Of a stretch of 64,000 nucleotides of DNA, positions 35,355-44,711 are shown one piece after another. The position numbers and the translations under genes were made by a program. Below the pieces are notes generated by a model. The model saw only the letters and a program-made list of their open reading frames with translations, had not been told where the DNA came from and made no database searches. Positions within the stretch are counted from its first letter, which is position 1; each line of letters starts with the position of its first letter. This DNA is from Acidimicrobiia bacterium (lineage in GTDB: Bacteria > Actinomycetota > Acidimicrobiia > IMCC26256 > DASPTH01). The stretch covers positions 56,696-120,695 of the forward strand of contig DASXXX010000031.1 in NCBI GenBank assembly GCA_036502765.1. Reading direction: 5' to 3'.

Positions 35355-36607
35355 GCTCCCTCTCCGGCCTCCGCGTGCTCCAACTCGTCGACGAGCGCAC
35401 CGTGGACGCCGGACGCATCCTCGCCGAGCTCGGAGCCGAGGTCGTTGTCGTCGAACCCGCCGGTGGTTCGCCGCTTCGCGACGAACCACCGTTCGTCTCC
35501 GATGAGCCAGGGCCTGAACGCAGTCTTCGCTGGTGGGCCGGAGCGGCTGGGGCCCGCAGCATCGAGCTCGACCTCGAGGGCGACGGGCTCGCCCTGTTCG
35601 ACGCGCTCCTCGACGCCAGCGACCTCGTGCTCGAGGGTCGCGGGCACGCGCTCGACGCGGTCGACGCCGGCTGGGACGCCCGCGGACGAACGCGGCCGTC
35701 GCTCATCTGGGTGTCGATCACGCCGTTCGGACGCAACAGCGTCCGTGCCGACGATCCTGCCACCGACCTCACGCTGCTCGCGGGCGGCGGACCCGTCTGG
35801 AACTGTGGCTACGACGACCACTCGATTCCGCCCATGCGCGGCAAAGGCAACCAGGCCTACAACATCGGTGCGATGTATGCGGTCATCGGAGCGCTGACCG
35901 CACTTGCGCACCGAGATCGGACCGGCCGTGGTCAGCTCGTCGACGTCAACATCAACGCCGCGTGCAACGTCACCGCAGAGCACGTCACGTACAACTGGCT
36001 GGTCGTCCAGAGTGTGATGAGCCGCCAGACCGGCCGACATGCCAGCTCCGCACCCACCGCCCCCGTGCAGGTCCGCTGTGCGGACGGCCGTTATGCAACC
36101 ACGGGTGTCCTGCCGAGATCTCCTGCGGAGTTCGGGCGGTTGCGGGCATGGCTCGACGAGCTCGGGCTGCTCGACCGTCTCCCCGAGGCCGTCTTCCTGG
36201 ATCTGGCGGCACGGCGCACGGAGACGGTCGAGATGGTCGATGTCGCCAGTGATCCGGAAGTTGCCGCCATTCTGGCTGCCGCGAGAGACGCAATGACCCT
36301 CATCGCCTCCGAACTCCCCGCCTACGACTTCTACGTCGCCAGTCAGCAGCACGGGTTCCCCTGCGGCGCGGTCGTCTCACCCGACGAAGCGTTCGAGGAT
36401 CCGCAGTTCGCCGCCCGTGGATTCGTTCACGAGGTCGATCATCCGGAACTGGAGCGGCCGTACCGCGCACCGGGCGTGGCGTACGTCTTCAGTGCGAGTC
36501 CGTGCCCGGCACCCGAGCGTGCTCCGCTCCTGGATGAACACCGCGACGAGTTGCTCGGTTCGATGCTCACGCGAGAGGACGAACGTTGGATCCGTCGCCA
36601 GCGATGA
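35351..36607 (+). CDS. Family III CoA-transferase (type B partner)
   Basis: The ATG overlaps the upstream stop (ATGA). LRVLQLVDERTVDAGRILAELGAEVVVVEP, then ITPFG...ATDLTLLAGGG. Clearly divergent from its neighbour. Confidence 0.9.
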   Translation: MSSLSGLRVLQLVDERTVDAGRILAELGAEVVVVEPAGGSPLRDEPPFVSDEPGPERSLRWWAGAAGARSIELDLEGDGLALFDALLDASDLVLEGRGHALDAVDAGWDARGRTRPSLIWVSITPFGRNSVRADDPATDLTLLAGGGPVWNCGYDDHSIPPMRGKGNQAYNIGAMYAVIGALTALAHRDRTGRGQLVDVNINAACNVTAEHVTYNWLVVQSVMSRQTGRHASSAPTAPVQVRCADGRYATTGVLPRSPAEFGRLRAWLDELGLLDRLPEAVFLDLAARRTETVEMVDVASDPEVAAILAAARDAMTLIASELPAYDFYVASQQHGFPCGAVVSPDEAFEDPQFAARGFVHEVDHPELERPYRAPGVAYVFSASPCPAPERAPLLDEHRDELLGSMLTREDERWIRRQR

Positions 36608-37053
36608 ATGCGGACGACAACCGCTTCACGCACGTGGGGTTGTGTGTCTCAGACCTCGACCGTTCGGTCACGTACTACTGCGACGTGCTCGGCTTCACCG
36701 AGGTCGCGCGCCGCTTGAACGTCACCGATGACGGCTCGGCCCGCCTCCTCGGACTCTCGTCGCTGGACGTGGAGCTGGTCTACCTGCAGCGAGATGGAAT
36801 CCGCATCGAACTGCTCTGGTACCGCGTGCCGGGCCACGACGGAGACGGGTCGCCGCGGCAGATGAATCTCCTCGGCCCCACCCACCTCGCGTTCCGCGTC
36901 GGCGACTTCGACGAGCTCTGCCAGAAGATCGAAGCCGCAGGTGGTTCGGTGCTGCCACAGACGATGACGACGTTCGGCTATGGCAACCGCGGCGTCATGA
37001 CCCTCGATCCGGACGGCATCCGCGTCGAGCTCATCGAACGTCCGCAGTCGTGA
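36604..37053 (+). CDS. VOC-family protein (glyoxalase/epimerase/dioxygenase fold)
   Basis: FTHVGLCVSDLDRSVTYYCDVLGF ... GPTHLAFRVGDFDELCQKIEAAGG. ATGA overlap with the upstream stop. Confidence 0.8.
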   Translation: MNADDNRFTHVGLCVSDLDRSVTYYCDVLGFTEVARRLNVTDDGSARLLGLSSLDVELVYLQRDGIRIELLWYRVPGHDGDGSPRQMNLLGPTHLAFRVGDFDELCQKIEAAGGSVLPQTMTTFGYGNRGVMTLDPDGIRVELIERPQS

Positions 37054-37529
37054 CTGCAGGACCGCAGCGCATGACGCTCGACGACGGGTCGTACCGGCCC
37101 GTACCCGCGATCAACGACCGCGACGCTCCGTATTGGACAGGAGGCGAACGCGGTCAACTCATGTTGCAGCGGTGTCGCAGTTGCGACCACGTCATCCACC
37201 CACCGGTCCTGCTGTGCCCCTGGGACCGTTCGCCAGACCTCGAATGGGAGGCGATGAGCGGGCGGGCCACGGTCGAGTCGTTCACCGAGAACCTGCACCC
37301 GTTCCTGCCCGGCTTCCCCGTACCGTCCGTCATCGCCCTCGTCGATGTCGAGGAGGATCCCACCGCGCGCATCCTGACCAACCTGATCGAGGTCGACGCC
37401 GCCGACGTGGCCATCGGCATGGCTGTCGAGGTCGTGTTCCAGCGACTCGAGTCCGACGACGGTCCCGACGTGTACCTCCCGCTGTTCCGGCCGCGTGGTC
37501 CCGTGACCGCCACTCACGGGGGAGACTGA
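37050..37529 (+). CDS. DUF35 OB-fold/zinc-ribbon protein
   Basis: PYWTGGERGQLMLQRCRSCDHVIHPPVLLCPWD is followed by an OB-fold-like ATVESFT...VIALVDVEEDPTARILTNL. GTGA overlap with the upstream stop. Confidence 0.85.
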   Translation: MTAGPQRMTLDDGSYRPVPAINDRDAPYWTGGERGQLMLQRCRSCDHVIHPPVLLCPWDRSPDLEWEAMSGRATVESFTENLHPFLPGFPVPSVIALVDVEEDPTARILTNLIEVDAADVAIGMAVEVVFQRLESDDGPDVYLPLFRPRGPVTATHGGD

Positions 37530-37530
37530 C

Positions 37531-38718
37531 GTGGTCGATCGCTTCGAACCCAAGGTGATCGTCAGCGGCATCGGCCAGTCACAGGTCGCACGCCGCATCG
37601 GTCGCGACCCGCTGCTGCTGACCGCCGATGCCTGCCTCGCCGCCATCGCCGATGCCGGGCTCGAGCCCGGCGCCATCGACGGCCTCAGCACCTACCCCGG
37701 TTCCAGCCAACCCGGCCCCGGCTTCAGCGGAGGCTCGATCCGCGAGGTGCACGACCTCCTCGGCCTGCATCCGAGATGGGTGTCGGGCGGGATCGAGCTC
37801 CCCGGCCAAGCGGGCGCAATCGTCAACGCCATGCTGGCCGTCGCCGGTGGAATCGCCGACCACGTGCTCTGCTGGCGCAGCATCTGGGAGGGCACTGCGC
37901 AAGGCAGCGGCGGCCGCAAAGGGTACGGCGCGGGCGCCAAGCGGGTCGACGGAGTTGCCGCATGGGAGCTGCCGTACGGCGTGACTGCACCGTCACTCGC
38001 GGCGATGCACATCCGCGCTCGGATGGACCGCTACGGCCTGACGCGCGAGCAGTTGGGCGCGGTGCCGATCGTGACGCGCGCGAACGCGGGCCTCAATCCG
38101 AACGCCGTGTACCGCGATCCGTTGACCCTCGAGGACTACCTCAACGCGCGCATGATCTCCTCGCCGTTGTGCCTCTTCGACTGCGACGTCCCGTGCGACG
38201 GCGCAACCGCATTCGTCATCTCGCGCGCGGAGCACGCCACGTCTCTTGACCATGCCGCGATCGGGGTCGAGGGCGTGAGCTGCGCACACGACGATCGATT
38301 CATCTGGCAATACGGCCAGGACATCACCCGCATCAGTTCGCGGTGGGCGAGCGACGTCTGGGAACACACGACGCTCACGCCCGCCGATGTCGACGTCGCA
38401 CAGCTCTATGACGGCTTCAGCATCATCACCCACTGTTGGCTCGAGGACTTCGGGTTCTGCGAAGTCGGCGAAGCCGGAGCGTTCGTCGAGGGCGGCACGC
38501 GGGTGGCCCGCGACGGGCAACTCCCGGTCAACACCGGCGGTGGGCAGTTGTCGGGAGGTCGTCTCCACGGGTTCGGCTTCCTCCACGAGGCATGTCTCCA
38601 GTTGCGCGGTGAGGGAGGCGACCGCCAGGTCGCCGGCGACCCTGAGGTTGCTGCGGTCGGCGTCGGAGCAGGGAACAGTGGCACGACCGCGATGCTCGTC
38701 ACGCGCGGCATTCGATGA
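37531..38718 (+). CDS. Thiolase-superfamily protein (Ltp/SCP-x-like), nucleophile Cys apparently absent
   Basis: 395 aa with N-terminal VIVSGIGQSQVARR. The region where thiolases carry the Cys reads IELPGQAGAIVNAMLAVAGG. Located 1 nt downstream of the DUF35 gene. Confidence 0.85.
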   Translation: MVDRFEPKVIVSGIGQSQVARRIGRDPLLLTADACLAAIADAGLEPGAIDGLSTYPGSSQPGPGFSGGSIREVHDLLGLHPRWVSGGIELPGQAGAIVNAMLAVAGGIADHVLCWRSIWEGTAQGSGGRKGYGAGAKRVDGVAAWELPYGVTAPSLAAMHIRARMDRYGLTREQLGAVPIVTRANAGLNPNAVYRDPLTLEDYLNARMISSPLCLFDCDVPCDGATAFVISRAEHATSLDHAAIGVEGVSCAHDDRFIWQYGQDITRISSRWASDVWEHTTLTPADVDVAQLYDGFSIITHCWLEDFGFCEVGEAGAFVEGGTRVARDGQLPVNTGGGQLSGGRLHGFGFLHEACLQLRGEGGDRQVAGDPEVAAVGVGAGNSGTTAMLVTRGIR

Positions 38719-39548
38719 ACACGAGAGAGGACAAGACCATGAAGGTCGATTTCTCCGGTAGGACCGCGGTGGTCACGGGCGCGGCGAGCGGTCTCGGCCG
38801 ATGTGTCGCCGAGCTCCTCGCGGACAGCGGAGCGCGGGTGATCGGTTTCGACGTCTCGCCCGTCGACGCCGCCGGCATCGACGGTCGCCGGGTCGACATC
38901 GGGGATCCCGACTCGATCGATGACGCGATCCGCAATCTCGACGGGCCCGTCGATGTGCTGTGCAACATCGCGGGTCTGCCCCAGACCAAGCCTGCGCTCG
39001 ACGTACTCCGAGTGAACTTCCTGGGCCTTCGCCATCTCACGGAATCGCTCGCGCCACTCATGGCTGCGGGCGGCTCCGTCACCAGCGTCTCCTCGAACGC
39101 GGGGAACGGTTGGCCGACGCGCCAGCCGCCGCTCGAGGCCGTGCTCGCGACCGGCGACTTCGCCTCTGGTCTCGAGCAACTGGAAGGGGTCGTCGGGGAT
39201 GCCGGCGATTCGTACATCTTCTCGAAGGAACTCGTGCAGCTGTACACCCTGCGTCGCTCGCACACGCTCTTCCGAGAGCGCGGCGTCCGAATGAACAGCG
39301 TGTCGCCGGGGGAGATGGAGACGCCGATGATGGCGGAGTTCCGCAAGGCGACGAGTGACAAGGTGATCGATGCGGTCGCGCAATCCGCGGCACTCGGACG
39401 TGCCGCGTCACCCGAAGAGGTCGCGCCGTCAGTCGTGTTCCTGGCGAGCGACCTTGCCGGCTTCTGTTGCGGGGCCATCTTCGATGTCGACGGTGGTTAC
39501 ACCGCGGCGCAGTTGACCGACCAGATCGATTTCTCGCGGTTCGCATGA
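38715..39548 (+). CDS. Short-chain dehydrogenase/reductase (SDR)
   Basis: TAVVTGAASGLGRCVA and YIFSKELV. ATGA overlap with the upstream stop; an alternative start exists at ATG 38739. Confidence 0.85.
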   Translation: MNTREDKTMKVDFSGRTAVVTGAASGLGRCVAELLADSGARVIGFDVSPVDAAGIDGRRVDIGDPDSIDDAIRNLDGPVDVLCNIAGLPQTKPALDVLRVNFLGLRHLTESLAPLMAAGGSVTSVSSNAGNGWPTRQPPLEAVLATGDFASGLEQLEGVVGDAGDSYIFSKELVQLYTLRRSHTLFRERGVRMNSVSPGEMETPMMAEFRKATSDKVIDAVAQSAALGRAASPEEVAPSVVFLASDLAGFCCGAIFDVDGGYTAAQLTDQIDFSRFA

Positions 39549-39559
39549 TCCCCCGCGCG

Positions 39560-40705
39560 TCACGCGCGGGGGAGACCCAAGACCCTCTGCGCGACGATGT
39601 TGCGCTGGATCTGTTGGGTCCCGCCGAAGATCGACTGCGCCCGCGACCACACGTAGACGTCCCACTCGAGACCTTCCTGGATGAGCGGACCCGAGCCTCG
39701 GAGGTCCATCACGGCGCGGCCGATCGTCTGGTCGGCGCGGGTCATCAGGAGCTTGTCGATCGATCCTTCGGCCCCGGGAAGCGCACCGTGCACGCGGTCG
39801 CTCAATGAACGTTGCACCTTCACCTGGAGCGCGCGGAGCTCGGCGTACGCCTCGCCGAGACGGGCGCGGGTGGCGTGGGTGTCGGCGATGACTCCCGACC
39901 TCACCTCGTCTTCGAGGGTCCGGAGGTGGAGCGACAACCGGGCGATCCAATTCACGTCACTCGGGCCGCGTTCATAGGCGAGGAGCTGATTGGCGATCGA
40001 CCAACCCTGCCCGCGTTCGCCGAGCAGGTTCGTCGCCGAGACCTCGACGTCGTCGAAGGTGACCTCGGCGAACTCGCGGTTGCGTGACGCGTTCACGATG
40101 GGACGGGCCTCGATTCCCACGGTGTCCATCGGCACGAGCAGCACGGAGATCCCGCGGTGCTTCGGTGCGTCGGGTTCGGTGCGACACAGGAGGAAGCACC
40201 AGTCGGCCGCGGCGGCGAAGCTGGTCCAGATCTTTCGGCCGTTGACCCGGAACGTTCCGCCGTCGGGACCCGGGACGAGGTCGGCCCGTGTCGTGAGCCC
40301 GGCGAGATCGGAGCCGGCGTCGGGCTCGCTGAATCCCTGGCACCAGCGCACCTTCCCCGAGAGCAGGCCGGGGAGGAGGTCGCGCCGCTGGTCCTCGGTG
40401 CCGAACAGCCGGATGGCGTTGCTCAAGTGCCCGACACCCTCGATGGGGGGCGCGCCGGCGCGGCCGAGCTCGTCGTTGAGGATCGCCTCGTACATGGGTG
40501 ATCGTCCGTGACCGCCGTATTCCACCGGGAACGACAGTGCGACGTAGCCGGCGTCGTACATGACCGAGTGCCACGCGTTCTGCGCGTCGGCGCGTGCCGA
40601 GGGATCGTCCGGGATCTCTGCATCGGGCACGTGCTCGTGCAGCCAGCGGCGCAGGTCGGTGCGGAACTCGGCTTCCTCGGGGCTGTCGTCGAAGTCCACG
40701 GTCAC
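39560..40705 (-). CDS. Acyl-CoA dehydrogenase, alpha-like subunit
   Basis: QGFSEPDAGSDLAGLTTRAD, FRVNGRKIWTSFA, LAYERGP and C-terminal GGTQQIQRNIVAQRVLGLPRA. GTG 40705 overlaps the upstream stop (GTGA). Confidence 0.9.
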   Translation of the reverse strand: MTVDFDDSPEEAEFRTDLRRWLHEHVPDAEIPDDPSARADAQNAWHSVMYDAGYVALSFPVEYGGHGRSPMYEAILNDELGRAGAPPIEGVGHLSNAIRLFGTEDQRRDLLPGLLSGKVRWCQGFSEPDAGSDLAGLTTRADLVPGPDGGTFRVNGRKIWTSFAAAADWCFLLCRTEPDAPKHRGISVLLVPMDTVGIEARPIVNASRNREFAEVTFDDVEVSATNLLGERGQGWSIANQLLAYERGPSDVNWIARLSLHLRTLEDEVRSGVIADTHATRARLGEAYAELRALQVKVQRSLSDRVHGALPGAEGSIDKLLMTRADQTIGRAVMDLRGSGPLIQEGLEWDVYVWSRAQSIFGGTQQIQRNIVAQRVLGLPRA

Positions 40706-41742
40706 ACCAGCTCCGGGTTCGCGAGCCGCAGGCGCGCGACTTCGTCGTACTGCACCGTCTCGTCGCCCCAGATCTGGCGATCGAACAATGTTCGGCGAAG
40801 GCGCAGATGTGACATCTGTTCCCACGTGATGGCGATGCCGCCGAACAGCTGCACCGTGACCTCGACCACCGCGAGCCCCGCCTTCGAGGTGTAGCCCTTC
40901 GCGGTTCTCGCGGCCAGGAGCGCCGTTGCCGGATCGCGATGGTCGATCGCCCATGCGGCGTACCAGCAGCAGCTCCGAGCGCCTTCGAGCAGCACGAGCG
41001 CGTCGGCCGCCAGGTGTTGCACCGCTTGGAACGTCCCGACCGGTACGCCGAACTGTCGCCGCTCCGCGACGTAGCCGACCACATCGTCCAGCGCGCCGCG
41101 CATGATGCCGACGAGGTCGGCTGCGACCATCGTCAACCCCAGCGCCATGACCATCGCCCAGCGCCCGGGCGCGATCGACGTTCCGAGATCACCGATCTCA
41201 ACCGCAGCAGCTCCTGCGTCGACGGCGACCAGGGTCCGGGTGAGGTCGAGTCCGTCGAGTGGCGCATCCGGCAGCGCGACTGCGACGAGACGCCGCTCGC
41301 GTCCGGAGCGGTCGACCGCGAGCCCATGGGTGGCGCCGGCAGCGTCGAACGCCACCAGGTCGTCACCGAGTTCGCCGAGGCCGGCGCAGTCACGGCGCAG
41401 CATCGGTGCGAGCCGCACATCGCCCGCGACCACGCGGTCCAGGAGCTCGGTTGCTCCCGCGGCGGTCAGCAGCTCGGGCACGACCAGGGCTTGGCCGACG
41501 ACGGGCGCGGTCGACAGGGTGCGACCGAACTCCTCGACGACGAGCGCAGCTTCGACCCCGCTGGCGTCGATCCCCGAGTGCTCGGGTGATCGAAGCGCGG
41601 GCACGCCGAGTTCGACCAGTGGGAGCCACGGAGCCTTCGCCCCCGTTTCCACTGCGTCCGCGCCGGGAGTCGCCAGGTCGTCGGCGAGGCGGGAGGCGGT
41701 CTCGCGCAGCAGCTCCTGATCGTCGGTCAGCGTCACGTCCAT
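40702..41742 (-). CDS. Acyl-CoA dehydrogenase family protein, beta-like partner subunit
   Basis: 346 aa read from ATG 41742 (MDVTLTDDQELLRETASRL). C-terminal ACAD-like FQAVQHLAAD...GGIAITWE. Confidence 0.8.
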   Translation of the reverse strand: MDVTLTDDQELLRETASRLADDLATPGADAVETGAKAPWLPLVELGVPALRSPEHSGIDASGVEAALVVEEFGRTLSTAPVVGQALVVPELLTAAGATELLDRVVAGDVRLAPMLRRDCAGLGELGDDLVAFDAAGATHGLAVDRSGRERRLVAVALPDAPLDGLDLTRTLVAVDAGAAAVEIGDLGTSIAPGRWAMVMALGLTMVAADLVGIMRGALDDVVGYVAERRQFGVPVGTFQAVQHLAADALVLLEGARSCCWYAAWAIDHRDPATALLAARTAKGYTSKAGLAVVEVTVQLFGGIAITWEQMSHLRLRRTLFDRQIWGDETVQYDEVARLRLANPELV

Positions 41743-41756
41743 GAGTGGGCAACGAT

Positions 41757-41796
41757 ACAAGAAACGTTCGACTGTGCGACAGCGGAGAAATACACT
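41757..41796. promoter_or_regulatory. AT-rich island upstream of a P450 gene, between divergent genes
   Basis: ACAAGAAACGTTCGACTGTG (41757-41776) resembles 14385-14401. The TACACT hexamer (41791-41796) ends 9 nt before ATG 41806. Confidence 0.35.
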
Positions 41797-41805
41797 GCAG
41801 CCTGC

Positions 41806-42990
41806 ATGGCTGACACCTTGAGCTACACGCCGTATTCGCGGGCGATCTTCGAGGATCCCTATCCCGTGTACCGGCGATTGCGGGACGAAGCACCGGTGTA
41901 CCGGGATCCCGACGGTCGCTGGTGGGTCATCTCGCGCTTCGACGATGTCTTCGAGGCACTGCGCGACTGGCAGACGTTCACGTCGGATCGTGGCCCGGCA
42001 CCCGAGAACCCCGATCGCGGCGGCGAGAAGTATTCGATCGTGTCGATGGACCCACCCCGACACGACGTGGTCCGAGGGATGCTCAATCGACTCTTCACGC
42101 CGAGAGCGGTCGAGGCGATGGACGACGCGTTGCGCACGATCGTGCGCGCGCACATGGATTCGCTCGAGCGCGGCACCACCGTTGAAGCGATGTCCGCGTT
42201 CGCCTTCAACATCCCCACCGATGTCATCGGAGACCTCCTCGGTGTACCGGCAGCAGATCGCGGCAAGCTCCGCGAGTGGTGGGAGCTCTTCCTCTCCCGC
42301 GACGACCAGACGGTTGCGCTCCCGCGCCGGGCGATCGACGCGAGCCGCGAGATCAGTGCCTACATCGGCGCCCTGATCGAAGAGCGGCGAACGGCACCGG
42401 GTGACGATCTCATCAGCCGTGTCCTCGCCGCGCAGTACGACGACCCCGCGTTGGGTGCGGTGTCGCTCTCACCGAACGAGGTGCTGATGTTCTGCAACCT
42501 CCTCTCGGCGGCCGGCTCGGAGACGACCCAGAAGTTGCTGTCGAACTCGTTGGTCGCACTCGACCAGCACCGTGAGCAATGGGATCTGTTGTGCGCGCAG
42601 CCCGCGCTGATCCCCCAAGCTGTCGACGAAGCACTCCGGTACGACTCGCCCACCCACTGGGTGGCCCGGAGCACCACACGCGACGTCGAAGTCGCGGGCA
42701 CGATCGTCCCCGAAGGAGATTGGGTGCTGTTGCTCCTCGGGAGCGCGAACCGCGACGAACGCCAGTACGAGGACCCCGACGACTTCATCGTCGAGCGGGC
42801 CCGTCGGCAGACCGTGTTCTTCGGGTGGGGTCGCCACGTGTGCCTCGGGCAGTGGCTGGCGCGCCGCGAGGCGGCCATGGTCCTCGAGGAGGTGACACGG
42901 CGCTTCCCCGGCTACAGCATCGGGGAGTGCGAACGGAAGCTGACTGCGACCGTGCGTGGCTACACGAGCGTCGAGATGACCTTGCGCTGA
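41806..42990 (+). CDS. Cytochrome P450
   Basis: FGWGRHVCLGQWLARRE heme motif and LLSAAGSETT I-helix. Confidence 0.9.
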   Translation: MADTLSYTPYSRAIFEDPYPVYRRLRDEAPVYRDPDGRWWVISRFDDVFEALRDWQTFTSDRGPAPENPDRGGEKYSIVSMDPPRHDVVRGMLNRLFTPRAVEAMDDALRTIVRAHMDSLERGTTVEAMSAFAFNIPTDVIGDLLGVPAADRGKLREWWELFLSRDDQTVALPRRAIDASREISAYIGALIEERRTAPGDDLISRVLAAQYDDPALGAVSLSPNEVLMFCNLLSAAGSETTQKLLSNSLVALDQHREQWDLLCAQPALIPQAVDEALRYDSPTHWVARSTTRDVEVAGTIVPEGDWVLLLLGSANRDERQYEDPDDFIVERARRQTVFFGWGRHVCLGQWLARREAAMVLEEVTRRFPGYSIGECERKLTATVRGYTSVEMTLR

Positions 42991-42994
42991 TCGA

Positions 42995-43795
42995 TCACGG
43001 CTCGAACACGCCGGGGGCGCTCGAGTAGTCGATTGCGGAGAGCTCCGTGAGGCCGCCGTCCGCGTGCATCACGGTGCCGGTCACGAACGCCGAGTCGTCG
43101 CTGGCGAGAAACGCGACCACCGGCGCGATCTCCGCGTCGGGATCCGCGCCGCGGCCCATCGGTGAGAGGTCGGCGGTCCGCGTGTAGTTGTCGAGCTCGG
43201 TGCCGATCATCCCCTGCTGGACCTCGGTGAGCGCGAACGGGCACATCGCATTGACGCGAACGTTCTGTCGTGCCCACTCGTTCGCCGCGACTCGGGTGAT
43301 GGCATGGATCGCGCCCTTCGCCGCTGAGTACGGCGCGGTGTACCGAATGCCGGCGAGCGCGGATCCCGACGTGAAGTTGATCACGGATCCGTGCCCGCTG
43401 TCGCGGAGGAACGGGAACGCGAGTTGCATGAATCGGAAGCTCGCGCGGGGTCCGGTGGACTCCGACAGCTCCCAGTCCTTCATCGAGACGACCTCGAAGG
43501 CCTTCGCGGGTGCGAAGTACTGGGCGGTGTTCACGAGCACCGCGAGGCCACCACTCCATTCCGCCGCGGTCTCCACCGTGCGCTGGATGGCGTCGTCCTT
43601 GGCGACGTTCGCCTGGACGAACTGGGCGTTGCCGCCTGCGGCCTCGATCTGGGCGACGCACTCGTTGCCCTTGTCGACGTTGATGTCGGCGACGGTCACG
43701 ATCGCACCCTCGGCGGCGAGCCGCTTCGAGATCGCCCGACCGAGGCCTTGGCCCCCACCGGACACCAGCGCCCCTCGTCCGCTCAGACGTTCCAT
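42995..43795 (-). CDS. Short-chain dehydrogenase/reductase (SDR)
   Basis: GALVSGGGQGLGRAIS and YSAAKGAI. GGAGG Shine-Dalgarno upstream of ATG 43795. Confidence 0.9.
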   Translation of the reverse strand: MERLSGRGALVSGGGQGLGRAISKRLAAEGAIVTVADINVDKGNECVAQIEAAGGNAQFVQANVAKDDAIQRTVETAAEWSGGLAVLVNTAQYFAPAKAFEVVSMKDWELSESTGPRASFRFMQLAFPFLRDSGHGSVINFTSGSALAGIRYTAPYSAAKGAIHAITRVAANEWARQNVRVNAMCPFALTEVQQGMIGTELDNYTRTADLSPMGRGADPDAEIAPVVAFLASDDSAFVTGTVMHADGGLTELSAIDYSSAPGVFEP

Positions 43796-43809
43796 GCTGA
43801 CCTCCGTCG

Positions 43810-43846
43810 GTACAAATGATCAATGGTTGTTCTATCATGCAGGTAC
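43810..43846. promoter_or_regulatory. AT-rich island between divergent SDR and hydratase genes
   Basis: GTACAAATGATCAATGGTTGTTCTATCATGCAGGTAC contains the inverted repeat ATGAT...ATCAT and a TATCAT hexamer (43833-43838). Confidence 0.3.
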
Positions 43847-43907
43847 GACCTCGCACCGGGTCGGCGGACGCGAAGCGAGGGTCCCACGAGGACCAGGACG
43901 GGACGCC

Positions 43908-44675
43908 ATGGCACCCAACGCAACGATCACCATCGAGAACGACGGGCCCGTACGGATCGTCTCGCTCAATCGCCCGGACCACGCGAACGCGGTCAACAAC
44001 GCGATGCACAGCAGCTTCGCCCGCATCTGGACGGAGATGCTGGACGACACCGACGCCCGCGCGGTGATGCTCACCGGTACCGGCAACAACTTCAGCGCGG
44101 GTGGCGACCTCGTGGAATGGCTCCACAACTACGTGGAGAACCCGGTGACCCGGCGGGCCGGGATGCGCGACGCCCGGCGGATCGTGCGCGACATGATCGA
44201 CTTCCCGCTCCCGATCGTCGCCGCGGTCAACGGTCCCGCCATCGGCTTCGGGTGCAGCATCGCGGTGCTGTGCGACATCGTGCTCGTCTCGGACCGGGCG
44301 TTCTTCGCCGACACCCATGTCGCCAGCGGAATCGTCGCGGGCGATGGCGGTTCGGTCGCCTGGCCGCTCCTCATGAGCCTGCTCAAGGCCAAGGAGTATC
44401 TGCTCCTGGGGGACCGGATCCCTGCGCAACTCGCCGTCGATCTCGGGCTCGCGAACCGCGTCGTCCCGCACGACGACGTCAAGACCGAGGCGTTGGCGCT
44501 TGCCCACAGACTCGCGGCGCTTCCCGCCCACGCAGTGCAGGACACCAAGCGCGCACTCAACTTGCACGTGCAACGAGCGATCAGCGGCATCCTCGAATAC
44601 GGACTCTCGGCGGAGAGCGAAGCCTTCACGTCGCCCGAGCACCGCGCCGCGATCGACCGGTTTCTCGAACGCTGA
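43908..44675 (+). CDS. Enoyl-CoA hydratase/isomerase (crotonase fold)
   Basis: VRIVSLNRPDHANAV ... VMLTGTGNNFSAGGDL ... PIVAAVNGPAIGFGC. Confidence 0.85.
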   Translation: MAPNATITIENDGPVRIVSLNRPDHANAVNNAMHSSFARIWTEMLDDTDARAVMLTGTGNNFSAGGDLVEWLHNYVENPVTRRAGMRDARRIVRDMIDFPLPIVAAVNGPAIGFGCSIAVLCDIVLVSDRAFFADTHVASGIVAGDGGSVAWPLLMSLLKAKEYLLLGDRIPAQLAVDLGLANRVVPHDDVKTEALALAHRLAALPAHAVQDTKRALNLHVQRAISGILEYGLSAESEAFTSPEHRAAIDRFLER

Positions 44676-44686
44676 TCGACGCCGTC

Positions 44687-44710
44687 GTTCGCGCCGGCGT
44701 TCGCGCCGGC
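44687..44710. repeat. Tandem direct repeat, 2 x 12 bp
   Basis: GTTCGCGCCGGC occurs twice back to back in the 36-nt gap between convergent genes. Confidence 0.6.
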
Positions 44711-44711
44711 G

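Noticed and set aside
44687-44710. Tandem GTTCGCGCCGGC x2 considered as the start of a CRISPR/VNTR array
   Set aside because: There are only two units, no spacers and no cas genes. It probably is a small slippage duplication in a convergent terminator gap.
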